From: an uncultured bacterium
Lineage (GTDB): Bacteria > JAGOEH01
Assembly: GCA_964632485.1 (NCBI GenBank)
Contig: CAZWDO010000021.1
Span: 1-64,000, forward strand
DNA length: 64,000 nt
Direction of reading: 5' to 3'
The notes below the pieces were generated by a model. It was not told where the DNA came from, searched no databases, and saw only the letters and a program-made list of their open reading frames with translations. The translations under genes were made by a program, and so were the position numbers. Positions within the stretch are counted from its first letter, which is position 1, and every line of letters starts with the position of its first letter. Below, piece after piece: positions 59,004-64,000 of the stretch.

Positions 59004-61394
59004 CTATTCCAATATCCATGCTTGCCAGGACCAGGGCTCAATTTCCATATTCATTTCAGTCCGGGGGATGACGCGTTCCCCACCTTCACCCAGATTACGG
59101 GCATGCGTCAACCCGTACCATGGAGGCAATGGCAGGCGACGTGTTTGTTTATCAGGCGTCTTATTAAAAACCACTAACACGCGCTCATTGAAATCTGAAC
59201 GGATAAAGGCAAAAACTGCTGAATCGGCGCAAACGGGATAAAAATCGCCATAGCGCAAGGCGCTGTGATCGCGGCGCAAAGCGATTATCCGCCGGACAGC
59301 GGTTAGCATGGATTGTTCCGCTTGGGTCAAATCCGCGCCGAAACGCATCATTCGCCGGTTATCGGGATCTGCGGCCCCGGTCATTCCGATTTCATCTCCA
59401 TAATAAAGTACGGGCACTCCGGGGATCGTTAGATTGAATAGCAGAAATAACTGGACTTTATGATAACTGGAGAGGGAATCCACCCGGGGGGGATTTGTCC
59501 ATCCGATTTCCTGCGCATTGCCGCTGTTCAGGTCGATATCGCCATCGCAATAGGCCATATAGCGGACCTGGTCATGGCTGTCGACCAGATTCCCCATCAA
59601 GTGATTATACCCATAAATGGCATGGGTTTTAGCTAATTCGCGAGCTAATACCGTAAAATCGGCGTGCGGCTGCAAAAAAATTGAGCGCGCGGGATAATAG
59701 AGGTTGAAATTAAACTGACCGTCCAGTTGGCCATTATTGACATAGGAATGGATCAGACGATAATCGCCGAAGGTTTCGCCGATCTGGTACACCGGCGGGA
59801 GTTGACCGGGCTGTTGCCAGGCTTTCACCTTGCGGGTCAATTCACGCCAAAAGGAATTGGGTACATGTTTAACCGCGTCGTGGCGGAAGCCGTCAATCCC
59901 GGTTTCCTGCAACCACCAGAGGGCGTTATCGGTCATGGCATTAACTGCTGCAGTGGATTTTTCAAAATCAAACGAGGGTAAAAATGGCTCAAACCATGTG
60001 GTCAGGCGGTATTCATCCCATAAGCGGATATTCTTACGTCCATCCCCCAAATCGTAATCGCCGAACCAATCCCGGTGTTCTTTAAAAAAGGGATGGTCCT
60101 GATGAGTGTGGTTAGCAATAAAATCCAGTAATATTTTCGTCTGTTTTTCATGGGCGGCGGCGACTAAATTTTTCAATAGCGCCATGTCTCCGAAATGCTC
60201 CTCCACCCGTTGATGATGGACCGGCCAGTAACCGTGATAGCCGCTAAAAAAGCGGTGGGGTTCCGGCCATTCGCGAAAGGCCTGGTTGGTATTGTCGTTA
60301 ACGGGAGAAATCCAGAGGGTGTTGATACCCAGGGAATCAAAATAACCTTCATCGATTTTCCGCTTAATCCCGGCCAGATCCCCCCCCCGATAATTGGCGG
60401 GCGGCTTCAAACTATCATGGGCAATCGGGGCATCATTAGCTGGATCACCATTGCAGAACCGGTCAATCATCAGAGAATAGACAATCGCATCCTGCCAGAT
60501 AAAGGCATTATTCAGGGAGCTTCGCGGGGAACCATCGTGTAAAAAAATAGTCAGACAGGGAGTGATCCGGTCACCGCAACTGACAGCCACCCGTAATTGA
60601 TGGTTGCCTTTTAACTGCGCCGTATCCAGCGTCACCCTTAGCTCATTATTGGAATTCCAGCGGTAGTGGTTCTCTCCCAACAACCGATTGTCCAGCAACA
60701 CTACTGAATGGATTGAATTGACATCATTTTTACCCGGTACCATTTCCAACTTGAAATTAAGATCCAACCCTTGTCGGGTAACGCTTTGTTTTAGCTGGTG
60801 AAGAAAAAACGGGGTTGTGTCGCTTTCCACTACATCCAACAGCGAATTAAATTCACCGAAAGGATTTGCCAATTTCTTAGGATTGAGAGCATCTTCCACT
60901 TCTTTTTCGTCGACAAAAAAACGGTATTCATAACGACCGGGTTCCAGCATCAGAGTAATACGATACTCGCCATCCTGGTCATCATCCTGCAAATATAACT
61001 CCCGTCGGTTCCAATTGTTAAAATTTCCGAAAACACTCACAGACGATACGGGTGAGGCTGGACGATAGATTAAGGTCGTACGGGGAATTTGGAAGATTGC
61101 TACTGGCAAGTCGCAGGTTTCACCGTTATGGGCAAACCTCAGACAGGTTAAACCGAGGGCATGTTCCCGGGCCTGCAAACGGATTTGGCCGGCAGAGCTA
61201 TCATATTCGACATTTAACAAAGAATTGGGCTCGAATTGAATCGCGTAATCGTTAGCATAAAACAGATCACTCACGCGTAGAGTTTCAACAGCCATACTTT
61301 CAAGCCGTATAAACGGGAGGATATCCTGGATGGGCAGGCAAAAAGCCGAGTTAGTGAAACCGATTACAATAAAAAGCAAAAAAAAACGCCGCAT
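59004..61394 (-). CDS. Exported GH13 alpha-amylase/neopullulanase-like enzyme with CBM48/AMPK-type domain
   Basis: Signal peptide; VFGNFNNW...LEPGRYEYRFFVD; GGDLAGI, YHGYW, DFIANH; catalytic GFRHDAVKH, GETF, SHD; YYGDEIG. Confidence 0.93.
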   Translation of the reverse strand: MRRFFLLFIVIGFTNSAFCLPIQDILPFIRLESMAVETLRVSDLFYANDYAIQFEPNSLLNVEYDSSAGQIRLQAREHALGLTCLRFAHNGETCDLPVAIFQIPRTTLIYRPASPVSSVSVFGNFNNWNRRELYLQDDDQDGEYRITLMLEPGRYEYRFFVDEKEVEDALNPKKLANPFGEFNSLLDVVESDTTPFFLHQLKQSVTRQGLDLNFKLEMVPGKNDVNSIHSVVLLDNRLLGENHYRWNSNNELRVTLDTAQLKGNHQLRVAVSCGDRITPCLTIFLHDGSPRSSLNNAFIWQDAIVYSLMIDRFCNGDPANDAPIAHDSLKPPANYRGGDLAGIKRKIDEGYFDSLGINTLWISPVNDNTNQAFREWPEPHRFFSGYHGYWPVHHQRVEEHFGDMALLKNLVAAAHEKQTKILLDFIANHTHQDHPFFKEHRDWFGDYDLGDGRKNIRLWDEYRLTTWFEPFLPSFDFEKSTAAVNAMTDNALWWLQETGIDGFRHDAVKHVPNSFWRELTRKVKAWQQPGQLPPVYQIGETFGDYRLIHSYVNNGQLDGQFNFNLYYPARSIFLQPHADFTVLARELAKTHAIYGYNHLMGNLVDSHDQVRYMAYCDGDIDLNSGNAQEIGWTNPPRVDSLSSYHKVQLFLLFNLTIPGVPVLYYGDEIGMTGAADPDNRRMMRFGADLTQAEQSMLTAVRRIIALRRDHSALRYGDFYPVCADSAVFAFIRSDFNERVLVVFNKTPDKQTRRLPLPPWYGLTHARNLGEGGERVIPRTEMNMEIEPWSWQAWILE

Positions 61395-61561
61395 GGTTCG
61401 TCTCCTTTTTTGTTTTCATGCCATTATACGATTTTTTTATGCGCAAAATCAAACTCAAATTCCCGGCGCCCACTCAACTCGATAATCAAACTCCAACCTG
61501 TACTCACCCGCGCTCAATAGCTCATTCAGCATCGCGTTCGCATATCCACACTGAACGTGAA

Positions 61562-61616
61562 TGAAACCGGTTACTTTGAATTATCAAAATATAGTAAAAA
61601 AAAATAAAAGTGTCAA
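61562..61616 (-). promoter_or_regulatory. Promoter and LacI-type operator of the GH13-PfkB operon
   Basis: TTGACA-17 bp-TATATT (61616-61588) followed by AGTAACCGGTTTCA (61575-61562). Confidence 0.7.
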
Positions 61617-61644
61617 GACGAAAACACTCAGATCAATTTTTTTA

Positions 61645-61673
61645 TTGACAATTGCCGCTTTTTTTTGTAATTT
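61645..61673 (+). promoter_or_regulatory. sigma70-type promoter of valS
   Basis: TTGACA-17 bp-TAATTT, divergent from the GH13 promoter. Confidence 0.55.
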
Positions 61674-61710
61674 TGTCCGATCATTAAATGCCACCAAGGA
61701 GTTAATACAT

Positions 61711-64000
<2,290 letters not shown>

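Noticed and set aside
61450-61540. Loose CTCA/ACTC periodicity in the GH13 leader
   Set aside because: Too degenerate to define a repeat unit or structure.

Overview
Bacterial chromosomal window, probably from a non-Bacteroidota member of the FCB group. This is an inference: T9SS-type C-terminal domains and a PorV-family gene occur together with canonical TTGACA/TATAAT promoters and strong AGGAGG Shine-Dalgarno sites. Positions 1-18438 form an apparently exact 9,437-bp tandem duplication. The 1-20.5 kb region carries two copies of a hybrid histidine kinase and three large secreted papain-family (C1A) peptidase genes. Two full-length paralogues share an identical ~2.16-kb 3' end but differ in their catalytic N-termini and stalk length (10 vs 2 repeats). 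20.8-31.2 kb holds a LolCDE/LolA-like operon, thioredoxin, a diguanylate cyclase and an ABC-F protein, followed by a REP-like cluster with a 100-N gap. 32-43 kb is a housekeeping block (PNP, CDP-alcohol phosphotransferase, PfkB, apt, rlpA, S41 protease, tmk, ino1, pdxST) that suggests inositol phospholipid synthesis. 43.5-61.4 kb is a LacI-regulated alpha-glucan utilisation locus with no recognisable SusD. It comprises a TonB-dependent receptor, a 1,277-aa acidic protein, a PorV-family barrel, a T9SS-type cargo protein, an SSS symporter, a GH13 enzyme and a PfkB kinase. valS starts at 61711 and runs off the end. No tRNA, rRNA, CRISPR array or transposase was recognised. All calls come from reading motifs by eye; no searches were run.
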